Assembly: GCA_051294905.1 (NCBI GenBank)
Contig: CM119372.1
Location: forward strand, 1,426,001 to 1,490,000
DNA from: Botryllus schlosseri
Lineage: Eukaryota
DNA: 64,000 nucleotides
Direction of reading: 5' to 3'
Shown here: positions 1 through 12,343 of the stretch, in pieces
Layout: the number at the start of each line of letters is the position of its first letter
Position numbering within the stretch: position 1 is the stretch's first letter
The notes under the pieces: generated by a model
Database searches by the model: none
The model's input: the letters and a program-made list of their open reading frames with translations, nothing else
What the model was told of the DNA's origin: nothing
Position numbers and translations under genes: made by a program

Positions 1-47
1 AACTATGGTAACTAATCGGAATAGGTATAAGGCGTTATACATTTCAG

Positions 48-430
48 TCCCTGATGTTTTTACGACATATATACCGACTCGTGATACACAATACATACAA
101 ACCATATGGGCATATGCATTGCATAACATGAGTAAATGATGTGCATATGCCGCTGGAAAAGGAAGATACGATGCAATATCTCTATCGTAAGTCTTGCACC
201 ACCCCTCCATCCTATCCCGGAAATGCTGAGCGCCAAGCGGGGAAACCACATATACCAGTTTTGCTGATCAGGTCTTTGATCTGACTGATTCCGAGCCTGG
301 TCTGAACCAGCCGCGGATTGAACCCAAGACCAACCCATCAATAAGCCGGACACTCGGGCATCTTGTTGCAACGGCGACAACATCAGCAGGATCTCAAACG
401 ACGCCCTATCACGGGAAATTTAATCTGTAA
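48..430 (+). other. Two exon-like segments (48-186, 259-430), possibly terminal exons of an upstream gene or a pseudogene
   Basis: TTTCAG acceptor before 48, GTAAGT donor at 187, CAG acceptor before 259. Phases are compatible and the joined frame reads PDVFTTYIP...NMSK*CAYAAGKGRYDAISLSFADQVFDLTDSEPG...KFNL to TAA at 428-430, with one internal TGA. No family recognised. Confidence 0.3.
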
Positions 431-845
431 CGGAGAATCTTTCATTCTCTTTTTTCGATGGATATTACCATCATCTCGGCGATGACGTATATAATATAAT
501 ATACCAATAATATATATATATATGCATTTTCTTCAGCTACAAATAAGCTGCACCTATGGCTGTACCGATGTCCCAGGAACATTTTTAATCTGCATTTCCG
601 TTGCGGTTGATATTTTAATCGGCGCCTGTAGAACTACAGCATAAGGCATGGCCTGACAGCGCCAAAGATTTTTACGATTCCGTCGCTAAGGCATGGAATT
701 CCCTGCATCGGTTGTCGGTTCTTTTAGACGCGCAATTATGAGCGGCGCCCTTGATACTTTCAAATTGCGCAGATGCCCGAAGCGACGATGATCTGCGTCG
801 GGTGATAGGTTATTAGTTATGACATGGCTTCAGAAAGACCGATCG

Positions 846-3800
846 ATGGCGATTGCCGTTGTAAAATGGATCGTATGGTTCAGGACATGCTCAGCGTTTG
901 TTTTGAGTAGGAGCTACCTAGAAGAGATGTGCTATGCTGAGGGAAAAGTAATAACATTACCGAGAGAAGTAAAGAATGTTACTGCAGGTGAGAGAGCTCG
1001 TATCGACGGGTTATTTGTAGGGCTGGGCAAAATCGAGTACCTGAGTGATTCGATTCTGAATCACGTAAAATGCTTCGAGTCGAGTCGAGTATTCGAGTAT
1101 CACTCATTATGACGTCACAACAGAATGTACTATGTCAAGGTTCAAATATGCCCCTTTTATGCCACCACGAAGAACATAATGCCAGTTATCCGTCACATTA
1201 ACGATACTTCGGTATTTTTTCGTCCGTACCGATTTCATCGCACTTCCTGACAATGTTGTGGGATGATCATGACTTCAGAAATGTGTTATTTCCAGTTACG
1301 TTCGTAGCTTTGTACAATGTCTCTTATGCTACGATATGGCCGATCAAGGTTTCAAGGCTTCAACAGTGGAAATTAGTATCGAAACCATAATTCTCGTTAG
1401 CAAATTAACTTTCAGTTGCGAGGAGCGTATAATTTTAGTACTCGAAAAAATCGTCTTCTACTACTCGACTCGAATCATTAAAATTAATGCTCGATTCAGA
1501 TTCGAGTACTCGAATCATTGTGCCCAGCCCTAGTTATTTGTTCACAATTTGCACGATTTACCGTTTCATACTGTCCCTCCTCACAATCCCGTTCGTATAA
1601 GCGATGTCTTACAAACGCCTAGGACGAAAGTGAGCCATGCTAAAAGTACGCAGCTCAGGAATCATAATGAAGATTATCGGCATGGCGTAAGATGACCAAA
1701 GTATTCGGAACACCATGGACGCTATAACAACAACATTTCATAGCCTACTGACATTCCCAGTTAGTCCAGTGCTGTCGAAGTCGAGAAGGAAGGACGTGTA
1801 CTGCTTAAACAGAGCTGTGGTAGAAAATTTCTAGCCCCTTCAAATTCCTTTTCTCGAGCACAAATCAATAAGGCATTTCATAACGATCTTTTTATGAACA
1901 GCTTTGTTGTCAGCTTAGGGCTGTCAAGCATCATCGACAACAAAACAGGCGTAGGATTTGTCGGGTGCCAAATGCACAGTATTTGTTCAAAACCATATTT
2001 GGAATGATGTCAATTGGTTTGGTAGACCGCGAGGTTGGCGTCAATGGTATTCGAATATGCAACTGGGAATCAATAGCCGAAAAGCTACTCAACGCGGATA
2101 ATTATTCATTAATCATCGGATCATTGATCACAAATTAAAGATTCCATTTGGTCATTGCAATGTATATCGCTACGAAGACGGGCAATTGAGCATACTAATC
2201 GGGATTGTAATGACTCGAGTCACGATTCTCTGATGACTCGACTTGACTCGAGTCATTTTCTTAAATACGGAAATGACTTGACTCGAGTAAATCTGTGCAT
2301 TGACTCGACTTGGACTCGAACCAAGTCATATGACTCGAGACTCAGACGACCAAGCCTGGCATTTCATTGTAATTTCGAAGAATAGTAAAGTAACCACACT
2401 ATTGGTATTTCGTCTATTGGTATTGGTATTCGCAAATACGACCAGAAACTACTAAAAGTGAAGAAAATTAGTACATTATAAATGCGAACCATTCGATATC
2501 ACCAAGCAGAGTTATAAAAAGTGGGTTTAACGAGACTTTAACTGGAAATTGAGCAGTCAACGCAATGACGTAGACTCGAACTCGAGTAATAATACCATAA
2601 CTCGGACTCTACCCTTTGCTCGATGACTTGGACTTGACTTGGACTTGACTCGGTGGTGAATTGAAAATGACTCGACTATAAAATTGACTTGTGACTTGGA
2701 GCCTTGCGACTTGGTTACAACCCTGATATTAATATACTACAACGACACGACCCACAACAAATGCGTGCTGATTCATGCAGGCTACATAGTATATCCGGGT
2801 ATATACGACACATGAAATTATTAAAATATCGAAATTAAATGACGTTACGATTAACACTGATGGATGGATAATTGGATATAATAATAACAAGGACAAAATT
2901 ATAATTATATTTTTGTTAACAGGAACGTGCTCACGATGTGAAGCAACTTGTTGTTCCGGTCAAGACGAGGAGGAAATAATCCAAGGAAAACGCATCAACT
3001 TTGATCCTTGCCCTTCTCATAAAATGTCACAGAAATGCAAGAATCACTTCCAAAGAAAGCTGTGTTTTCAAAATTGCTCCCCGTATATCGGACCGTGGTC
3101 GCTCAACGTTAGCGTACCGAGAAGGTAGGCCTACATCATGCTGAAATTTCCAGTGAACACATGTAGGCTAGCCTATTTAAGAGTTGAGGTATTCCCGAAT
3201 ATTTGTAAGGAGTAGTGGTTATAGAACATGCAATAACCTGGAGAACCCTTGCCGTAATCCGCAAGCTTTCGGGCAACCCCCAAGTCTTTGCTGAGTCAAA
3301 GTATTCATCTGATGCATGCTCATAGCTTAATGGCGCACAAATGAACAGTGCGTCAACAAGAATACGATTTTCACACAAGAAGAAAACAGTTCAGTGAACA
3401 TTTATCGCAGATCATCATGACCCTTTCAGTGATCAATTTTAAATGCGAGGCTTCACATTAAAAAGTCCCATCGTATTGTTCGGTCGCAACGCAACAGCGT
3501 GATACCAGTTGATAATTACAAATGAACTTATAAATATTGGAGAGACAATCGACGTTTCTGATTGACGGGGTTCAAATTTCGAACCACAACCTTCCCTGGG
3601 TACGCCACGCACGACGTACCACCACAACAGTGACAATTCGACTACTGATCATGTCTAATTGCTTGCAGCCAATGATAGCCGAAACAGGCGTTTCATCATG
3701 AATCATATCTCATATGTATGGGTTGAGTGTGAGCCTTGACCTACAGCGCAGCCCCTGAGACTAGCTCATTGAACCTCGGTTAAGAAAGACTGGTATGGAG

Positions 3801-5539
3801 AAATGTTGGGAAATGCATGAAACGATAATGTTTGTTATTTGTTCAGTTCGACTCGTTTTCAGTACGTTCCATTGTGCCGATCTCAATGCGAGCTGTGGTG
3901 GGAGAATTGCAAACACGACTGGGCCAACAAGGAAAATTGGTATCCAGGAGAAAAGGAAGGTGATGAGATGAATTTCATACGAGTCTTGGATTATAATTGA
4001 ATAGCATATTCACATTCACATTGAAATAACCCGTATATATTTTGCTGTCAGGGATCATCGTCAGAAACTAGTATATAGAAATCATCAACAATCGTATTAA
4101 CGATACATCGGCAATTTTCATGACGTCATACGGTAGTAGGTCAGTGCAATATAATCTGCGATTGCCAAACTGAGAATATTGATCTATCTTTTAAACAGGT
4201 GTCCAGATGCAGCCTTTCTAGATTATTTCGTGCCCAATGATAGCAATTACTGTTGAAATAAACGATCCGAAATATTGGAAATGCGCCTCAAGCTAGATAC
4301 CATACCTCCTGAATATTATTATTTATATTATATTATTATTTAAAACATATGGAATATTTTCGGTTGACACTTATCTGAGTCCGCAACTAATAGAGAATTG
4401 AAATCAATATAAAATGCTCTTTTCAATTCTTTACTAGTAGCTGACAATTAGGCTACTGCTGATTATATTCGGGTCATTTCAATATAAACAATGAATATAT
4501 TATTGTATACTGAAGATCTGTACAACCAAGAGTCTCTCCGTGTAAATAACTACATTAAACGTACACAAGTGTTGACATTCTCACAGAATCGCGCAATGCC
4601 GAAGGCTAATCATTTAGTGACGAAGTCAGATTATTATCGATTGATGCAATTAGATAGAATCCGGCTGCATGCGTCTTCATTGCTGCCTATTTTGTTGATA
4701 CTAATAATTCATTAGGCTATTTGTGATTTGAGTATGCATATTGCATGCCTCTTTTTATCAAGTTTTTCTAATTTTGTTACAATATTTAAGGGCCTGGATG
4801 AGAATTTGATCGAACGTGACTCCTTCCATTCTTTCATTACATTGCAATTCTTCAAGTATCTTCAACTGATAAAATTAGTAATCAACTGACACCGCTACAT
4901 AAGTTGGAATGTATTATTTGTGGAACTGATCTGTAAATTCATAGGTGGAAAATAAGTGTGTTTATCAGATTCTTACCTTAGCCTAGGATGCGAATCAGCA
5001 TCAGGTATACGGCACATTTAGCAACCAAATTGTGCAATTCCAATTAACAGCCATCATGTAAATTAAACCAGATTGTGTTTGCGTAAGGAACAAGTAAGAG
5101 AATAACGCAAACTAATATTTCAGAATATGAAGAAATCAAGTGTGAGACCGTCGCAAAAAAGTACAAAGACTCCACGTATTTTTGCGAACACGCCTTCGAT
5201 CCGTTCGAGTTCGTGGTAGTTCCTGATTACACGAAATGTATTTCCCTATTCGGAGACATAGATGATAATCGCTACGTCGCGATGGCGTATGCAAAGGATA
5301 CCGTGCTGGAAAAACTCCATAAGTCACAGAACACGCCGCAGAGCAATTCGCCTCCCACTACATTTCTGGTGTTGTGCTTTTTTCTCGGCGGTATGATAGC
5401 GGCGATTGGCTTCGTCTTGAGCTGCGTGTTTCTAGCGAAATGCAGAAACAGGGCGAGGAGGAACAACTCGCAGCAATTGCTGTTTCAAAATCGAGACGAT
5501 ATGGAGATGCAGGAATCTGAACTCAGTTCGATAAGCTAA
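846..5539 (+). CDS. FOLR: Folate receptor family (FOLR/riboflavin-binding protein/JUNO-like) protein with C-terminal TM helix; exons 846-987, 2923-3124, 3847-3959, 5124-5539; about 290 aa
   Basis: All introns are GT-AG with matching phases (1,2,1). The spliced protein shows the FOLR Cys pattern: TCCS, KCKNHFQRKLCFQNCSPYIGPW (cf. [22 protein letters not shown]), RFQYVPLCRSQCELWWENCK...ENW (cf. RVLNVPLCKEDCEQWWEDC...SNW), FCEH, KCISLF...NRYVAMAYA. The N-terminus is hydrophobic. The start could be ATG 819 instead of 846. Confidence 0.88.
1018..1532. mobile_element. hAT-type MITE (TAGGGCTGGGCA termini, TCGAGTA subterminal motifs) in FOLR-like intron 1
   Basis: TIR tagggctgggca/tgcccagcccta; perfect 8-bp TSD GTTATTTG; related fragment at about 40855-40950. 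Confidence 0.85.
2200..2725. mobile_element. hAT-type MITE with GACTCGAG/GACTTG subterminal repeats
   Basis: Termini cgggattgtaa...ttacaaccctg; TSD ATACTAAT/ATATTAAT (7/8); colinear homolog at 63180-63734. Confidence 0.85.
4010..4545. repeat. Degenerate pieces of the fold-back (palindromic) element family
   Basis: Similar to the 16556-16830 arms (attgaaat...atattttcggctgacac...caactagtagagaattg) in both orientations. Confidence 0.55.
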
Positions 5540-5544
5540 TTTTA

Positions 5545-6190
5545 ATCTGTCAAACGTTTCTATGTTCTCATTTGAATTCTATCCGAATTTATACCTTTCC
5601 TGAAAATACTACAGGAGATCTGTATGGTGCGAAACGAGCCAAGGCTCGGTCTACAGACATTTTCCATTCTCGTGCTTGTGAGAATGGGCTCTGGTTTGCA
5701 ATGAACTGAACTGGTTCCATACTATTACCGAGAATGGACATTACCGAGAATGGCCAATGCCAAGAATGTAGCTTAATGTAACGGACGTTATCAATAAATT
5801 TATACCTGAGAATCGATTCCGAACGTAGCAACGCCGTGATGCACACACACGACCTGTTGATATGCATAACATGCCTGCATTGCATATATTGCATTCTCGG
5901 TAATGTCCATTCTCGGTGGTGTCCATTCTCGATAATGTCCATTCTCGGTATTGTCCTTCTCGGTAATAGCATTCTCGGTAATAGCATTCTCGGTATTGAC
6001 CGGACACCAACTGAACTTGACTATTGTTGTATTTCTGTCTAATTCATAATTGAGTTCAATTTCAAAGTTTATTGAGAATCCGGTCATTCTAATTATGATC
6101 GATTTTGAAAAAGAAACCGTGTTACAATGTAGCTGTAACTGTAATTCAAATCATGTAAGGAAAATCTGAAAATTTCCTAGTTCAACTCTC
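5545..6190 (-). repeat. Copy of the dispersed CAGACTTGGACAACTAG-type MITE family, just downstream of the FOLR-like stop and interrupted by a MULE-like MITE
   Basis: Core tttcctgaaaatactacaggaga...gcgaaacgagccaag...cattctcgtgcttgtgagaat is shared with about 7250-7700, 25845-26160, 32520-32820, 35224-35510, 38890-39255 and 50770-51106. Boundaries approximate. Confidence 0.7.
5713..6008. mobile_element. MULE/Mutator-like MITE with tandem 17-bp subterminal repeats
   Basis: GG...CC termini; ATTACCGAGAATG units on the left and inverted CATTCTCGGTAAT units on the right; perfect 9-bp TSD AACTGAACT (5704-5712 and 6009-6017). Confidence 0.8.
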
Positions 6191-7249
6191 GTTGTAGGCG
6201 TGCTCGGCGAATAAAAAACTTCCAGTACATTCCAGATCCTATACAAATATACTATTCCTATTTATGGTTTGCTTCGCGCATTTCACTTTTAAAATCCGAG
6301 GTGCAGTAACACCATCAATCGATAAAATGTTTCTGTATCGCGCCACAAACGCAGGTTTCAAGTTTACGTAATCCGCATACGACCCATATACTGTAACTTA
6401 CGGACCCATCAACATGTTGGAAATCTGGTCCTGGTTTGCGAACTAGGTTAAGCTTGATACCGTTTTCACTGTTGGCTCGTAATTATAAATGTTTAGGTTT
6501 CAGTTCATTTCTTATAATAAGATATGTATTTCCTGCAACTGGACTAATTTTGTGCGGCATTGCAGAAATGCAATGGGTATTTTCACAGATGAGCAAAATT
6601 GAGTCTGCCTGAGTCTGCCTGTCTGGACAGTGGACACAGGTAAACGGATACACACGTTAGAGAAGCATTGCAGTGCACATGTAAATGCTGTCTATCGGGA
6701 CTGTGATTCCAGCTAATATAGACATTTCACTCAGTTTAAAGAAACGGATTGTACACAGTCTTCAGTCCTCGTTAAAGTACAGCGATACGATGTGGCTACC
6801 AAAGCACCAGAATTGACACGATATATACACGATACTATAACTATCTATTTTACTACATTCTTCCCTGACATTTCATATGGCACCCAAGAACATACTCGAC
6901 CACCGTCTCTATACCGTCTATACAGAGACAGTAACCACAAAGACCAGAGAATTAGCTATATTTTACAAGTCATATGCAATATGAGACAAAATTTAAGCCA
7001 CACATACCTGGCTCATAAGGTCCATTTCCATATTCATGGGTGAATTCTGAAAACTGTGCATACAGAATAATGGACGGTAAATATGATGTGGTACAACGTA
7101 AAATTATATCAATACGAGTAACAAGAGCTGACTTAATTAAAATCGGCAGTCGAGATCATTCAACCGGTTTCTATGCCAATTTGAAGCAACGCCTTGACCG
7201 ATCACCGATATGAACTCTGTTTTTGAATACGGCATTGGGCACAGAGAGA

Positions 7250-7700
7250 TTTGAACTAGACATTATGATTTCAACTTGTTCGGCAGTTATAGTTCTATCG
7301 TGAATTCGAAAAGTGGATTCTAGTTTTCGAATCAGCCTATTTAGAGCGAAATACTGGAAATCGAATTCTAATCTAAGTTTTGAAAGGTTTCTATGCTTGA
7401 TATCTAATCCTAATCAATTTCTGTTTTTTTTTTCGGAAAATGCTGCATGAGAACTGTGTTCTGCGAGACGAGCCAAGCGTGCCGCACACACATTTGCCAT
7501 TCTCGTGCTTATGAGAATGAAGTATGACTTGATATCTACTGAGCTTTATTGTTTGTTGTATTTGTTTCTGATTAGGAATTTTATTCAATTTCCAAGTTTT
7601 TTGCGAAATCTGTAGTTCCAAATTCCAATCCTAATCTAAACTGAAAAAACTATGCAGCTATAATTCTAAATCTAATATATATTGGAATCGCTAAAATTTA
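7250..7700 (-). repeat. Copy of the CAGACTTGGACAACTAG-type MITE family
   Basis: Shared core gcgagacgagccaagc...cattctcgtgcttatgagaat; boundaries approximate. Confidence 0.6.
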
Positions 7701-8118
7701 TTTTATAGTGGTGCAAATTTGGTGATGATAGAAAGAAAGACAATTGATAAGATAACTCACCTTTCTACCGCGCACTTGTTATCGATATCTGAATCGCCAA
7801 CGTTTCTTCTGGTACACGATGGGGCTCTTTCCTTTTGCGGTGGGCGAATGAGTTTATTTTTTCAATTCAAGTGAAATCTATATCACTGAGATAGAAAGTA
7901 CCACAGATATTATAATAAGTCCGTAGATTAACGTTGGTAAAACTCGAAAACCTATACGACTCTACAAGACTACATGAACCTCGCATAGACAAAAATCTTA
8001 ACACAAAAACTTTGACGATTTTCCCCTAGAGAATATCCACGTAATCTCATTAAACGGCAGGCCACCAGGAAAGAACGCCTCACATCCATGGTCTTGCCGA
8101 GGTCATGATACGATGGAC

Positions 8119-8883
8119 CAGGGGTCACCAACACGTGGCCCGCGGGATCCTATTTCGCGGCCCGCGCTCTGATTTTAGATTTCCGAAGAACGCTAATTAA
8201 AGCATTTTAAAATGCTGAAATTTACTCCAGTTTCAAAATATTTTTGTTGTTGTTTCAAAATAAGCTATTCTTCTGTGCTCAACATCACAATATTCCTAAC
8301 TAGCTGGAACGACTTAGGTGATAGCAGCAGCATTCCATCGAGGGAGAATCAGCTGATATGAATTGGCAATTGGGCATGTTGTCTTGACGTGCGATAGCCC
8401 AGACACTGCCAAGACCGAGACGCTTTGAAAAGATCGAGCTTCACGAGGAGATAGTCTTTCAGCTAGTATCGTGTATCGCTAACCGCCCATATAGATTCAT
8501 TAGTCGCTGAAAACCGTTGCCAGGCATCGTACCCAATTCATAGTTCAAAATAAAATGAAATTGATGATCATGATATTTTTGTTGAATTTTTATTTATTTA
8601 ATAGAATATTATTTCTTTCTTGGAACTATGCCCGTCGCCCGTGTTAGAGAACGCAGCGTTGTACTGACATAAAGATATGAAAACGTGCACCATGGTTGCT
8701 GAATGTGTGGCCTATTGTGTCTCGATATTGCATTCTTGCGGCCCGCGGCCTCTACGAGATTTGAAAAGTGAAAAGTATGCACGTTTTTCTGTGCGCGGCG
8801 ACCTAGTCAGTAGTGCGCGGCCGCGCACGCGCGCAGCTCAGAGGGAAAATTGCCCACGACCCGTTTTGAGTTGACGACCCCTG
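8119..8883. mobile_element. hAT (Buster/Charlie-like) MITE
   Basis: TIR caggggtcaccaac/gttgacgacccctg; GGCCCGCG subterminal motifs; TSD CGATGGAC/CGTTAGAC (6/8). Confidence 0.75.
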
Positions 8884-9530
8884 CGTTAGACCTATACTTC
8901 TCAATCAGAGGCATTTTTATAATCTGCATCGCTCAGTACTAAAGTTACGCCGCACGACATCCATAAATCATAGCCGAAAATAGTCAGGTTTATTTCAATA
9001 TGAGTATATACTATTCAATGACATATGCCAGTTCTGTACCTCCCAAATGTCTCTTCTGATATATAGTTACAACAAAATAAAATATATAAATTACCTATAT
9101 TTGACTCAACGAATTCCCAAATGAACTGAAATATTAGGAAAGCGAACACCCCCCAACAAAATGGAGGCATTTTAAAATGTGGTCGATAGGTCGATAGCGT
9201 TGCTTCGACAATACAATTCGCCGGACGATTTAAAAACTACAAGTACTCATTGTAAAACGATCCCGTAGACTTTGAGAACGTCGGGGTGAACGAGGGGACA
9301 GAGTATGATATTCCACGAAATCAACTGGGGGCGACACGCAAACGTGTCGCCCCCACCTATACGTTGGTAGGGGATTTGCTGAATAAGGAATCCGCCAACT
9401 CTGAAATGGGACTTGCTATAACAATTAAAAGCCCCCTACCAATCATCAAGGGGTAGGCCTATTTGTATATCGTACGTGCGCGACGGCGCGTGTTTTGTTT
9501 ATGCGTGCTGTGAATAGTCATAGTCATTGC

Positions 9531-10883
9531 CACGTTTAGGCAGTGACGAATCACATCATTTTTTCAAGGTGCTCAAGTAGGTTTTGCGTACTTGCACTAA
9601 TTACTCAAGTCGTAGAGTAGATAAGATTTATGACTACTTCTATTTAACAGCCTTTTGTCTATTAGGCAAAAATAGGCATGACATATTATACTCATACGAT
9701 TATACTCTGACATCCTCTGCACGTAAGCTATAAGAATTAGATCAATATTTCAAGTCTAGTAGTCGTTCTCCAACTCTCAACTATACCGTGCCTCGACGTC
9801 ACGAAAATCGCCGACATTTTCAAGCTCCAACGGCCGACGCCGATATTTTTTCAAAGCGTGATGTCGACTCGAAGTGATAAGCAAACTCAAAATCGGTTCG
9901 GATGCTAATCAAGTAGATAATTTCTAAATTTTATTTAGTAAGCGAAGTAGCCTGCTATACCTACACTCCGTTCGACATCTTACGGACTACGAAAATCCGG
10001 CAAATCGGCAAATTTCCCAAAGGAAACGCCAACAAGGAAGCATATAGTCCTGCGATTTTGGGAAGAGTCCAATATGATACGTGATCGGAATCAAACTAAT
10101 ATAGCACCATTACGTAAAAGGCTTTGATTTCGCTAAGCGAAATTGTCCTATCAAACCTCTACAACACAAGCATCGGATGCAGTTCGCCTCAGGTCATTTT
10201 CAAGTCGTGCAATGATATGCCGCTTTCGATACAACGTCAGAGGAACAGCGTGGGGTTAGCTTGGAGGTAATGGACATGTGCGCGATGAAATGATTCGATA
10301 AACATTTCCAGGAAACGTTGATACAGACTACAAGAACTGTCCGACATAGTTTCAGCTAAATTTCAGTATCAAGCACAACGAATTTGGCATGTTAAATGCG
10401 ACACTTGGCGCCCCCAAATCATAACCTACCCCTTAACCCTACTACACCATCTAATCCAAACATAAACTTAAATACATAAATACACACATACCAAATGTCA
10501 CAATTCACCGTCATATTCAGTGAAAAATTCATTTTCAAATTTATCATTACAACATGCCGATTAACAAAGTGACGGAATCACTTGGTAAACCAAAACAGAA
10601 CTGAAACCACGTTAGATTTTCAAAAATGTCACGGGACGAAATGCAAGTGCAATGTCTACTTCAGGTCAATTTTGCGTACTTGCAGCACTTCCTCAAGCGG
10701 TTACGTTTTAGACTACTTCTACTTGTACTTGATAGTTTTCAGCTTTTTAGACAAAACTAGTCCTAGGATCCTTCATTTTTACTTTCTTAAAAATCGCTAC
10801 TTCTACTTCTGCTCGAGTAGAAGTTTATGACGTTAGTCATACTTTCACTTGAGTAACGGCGATGGCTACTTTGATCACCTCTG
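9531..10883 (-). mobile_element. Longer, older copy of the CAGAGGTG / TACTCAAGTA hAT MITE family
   Basis: Right end ctactttgatcacctctg is the reverse complement of the 20264 terminus; tactcaagt/ctacttctact motifs at both ends; left terminus degraded. Confidence 0.6.
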
Positions 10884-12227
10884 TCGAAGTGTACACACGA
10901 GGTATGGGTGATATTAATCTTCTATGTACTGTACTCTGTACATATGTTTGGTTATCGTTTCAATTCGCTCTGAATGCATCGGAATCTGCGAATTGCTTTC
11001 TGATCATTGCATCTACTGCATGAACATGATAATTGATCCCGTGGCCTGATGCTTCAAAGATATCCCGTACTTACCGAAAGATTTTGTTTGTCGACGCTCC
11101 AATGAAAAGATTGGAACAAATGCTGCGTTGAAGCATAAAAAGAAACGAAAACTGCCGATTTTTAGCATTAAGCAGTTTTACCTAAAACGCCACTTTGAAA
11201 TTCCTTTCAGCTCAGATATATTACGAGATTTTGAAGGTCTTATACGAGACTCTCATCTTACTGTCAAATTGCAATGTACCTATGGTAAGTTTAGACAGTC
11301 GTCGTGTTGCACTTTGGTATCCACATCAGGTCAAACAACCGTGAAGGATCTCTTGTGATCACTGATCATGATCAGCTACGTGCACGTAACGTATCGCCCA
11401 ATCCCCCTCTGACTAAGTGTCAAATATAATACCTCGTCATATGCAATTGCAATTATTTCAACTCGATTTCCGAATTGGTCACAATCATAATCATTATCAG
11501 AGGCTTATAATTTTGGTCGGTGCTTCGACGCATCTTTTCGCGGCGTATGTTAACGATGATTACGTTATCAACTTACTAGGCCAAAACGGTCAGATATCCT
11601 ACTGTGTGAGCCTTGGAATGTTGCATCTGAAGTTAAAGGCCTCATATGCAATTCAAATAACTAGTGTATACGAGCTGCAACCTGCATTCGACTGGAGCAG
11701 TCGAGGTCTTTACATACACGTTGTCAAGTACCGAAATATCCGCTTCTGCATGTTCTTACAACAATCTAATTTAAGATGTTAAAGTTCTGAGGTAACTGAC
11801 GGTTGTGCCTTGATACTATTCGTTACGCAAACCACAGCGAAAGAAACTATCTTCATCAGTAAAGCTCACACATTCATAACGCTACCTTCTGCAGAAACTA
11901 CAGTTCACCTCACAAGCCTATTTACACAGAAGCCTCCATTTCGCTGAGCAAGGCTCGAGCGTTTGTTGTTTTCTCAAAAGTGACTGCGTCATGTGACATC
12001 ACTCCACTCACACTATACGAAAAAGAATTTCTCCGCTGTTTCTTTATGTTCTGAAACGCAGACTCTATACTCGCGCTACGGTTCACAGTCTGTCAGCTTT
12101 CGTATATGTACGAGTCGAGTGTGTGTGCGCGTGCGCGTACGACTCTACCGCGAGTCAGACGACATTCGAATAGGAATGCATTCGCATGCAGTATTGCTGC
12201 AGAATCCATACAACAGAATCAAAATGT

Positions 12228-12335
12228 AATGAAACATGTATGCCTCTTCTTTACATCGCCTAGGCCCAGGTGCGTGTCAGATTTTACAGACTACTCCAAG
12301 TCGTTCGACATTTCCCCATCTTTTCATAGTATAGC
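12228..12335 (+). repeat. Isolated 3' UTR segment of the CR1/L2-group LINE at 12344
   Basis: tgcctcttctttacatcgcctaggcccaggtg...ctactccaagtcgttcgac matches 12905-13000. Confidence 0.7.
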
Positions 12336-12343
12336 AATCGAAG

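Larger units (their letters stand above)
6657..11856 (-). pseudogene. Putative spliced minus-strand locus (decayed gene or lncRNA); exon-like blocks 11856-11718, 11122-11075, 7885-7761, about 7216-7138, 7046-7008, 6917-6896, 6795-6657
   Basis: Consensus donors (GTATGT, GTAAGT, GTGAGT, GTATGT, GTATGT) and YAG acceptors on one strand in non-repeat sequence. Several junctions are phase-compatible, but there are in-frame stops. Weak C-type-lectin-like motifs. Confidence 0.35.

Noticed and set aside
480..530. SECIS element after the TGA-containing frame
   Set aside because: ATGA is followed by AT-rich low-complexity sequence without the matching GA quartet.
5589..6087. Overlapping repetitive ORFs (YRECY.., ITENA.., LLPR..)
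   Set aside because: Translation artefacts of the 17-bp subterminal repeats of the MULE-like MITE.
6657..7885. Stop-codon reassignment as an explanation for the in-frame stops
   Set aside because: Intact exons in the window contain no in-frame stops, use TGG for Trp and end at TAA. The stops here are of all three kinds, consistent with decay.
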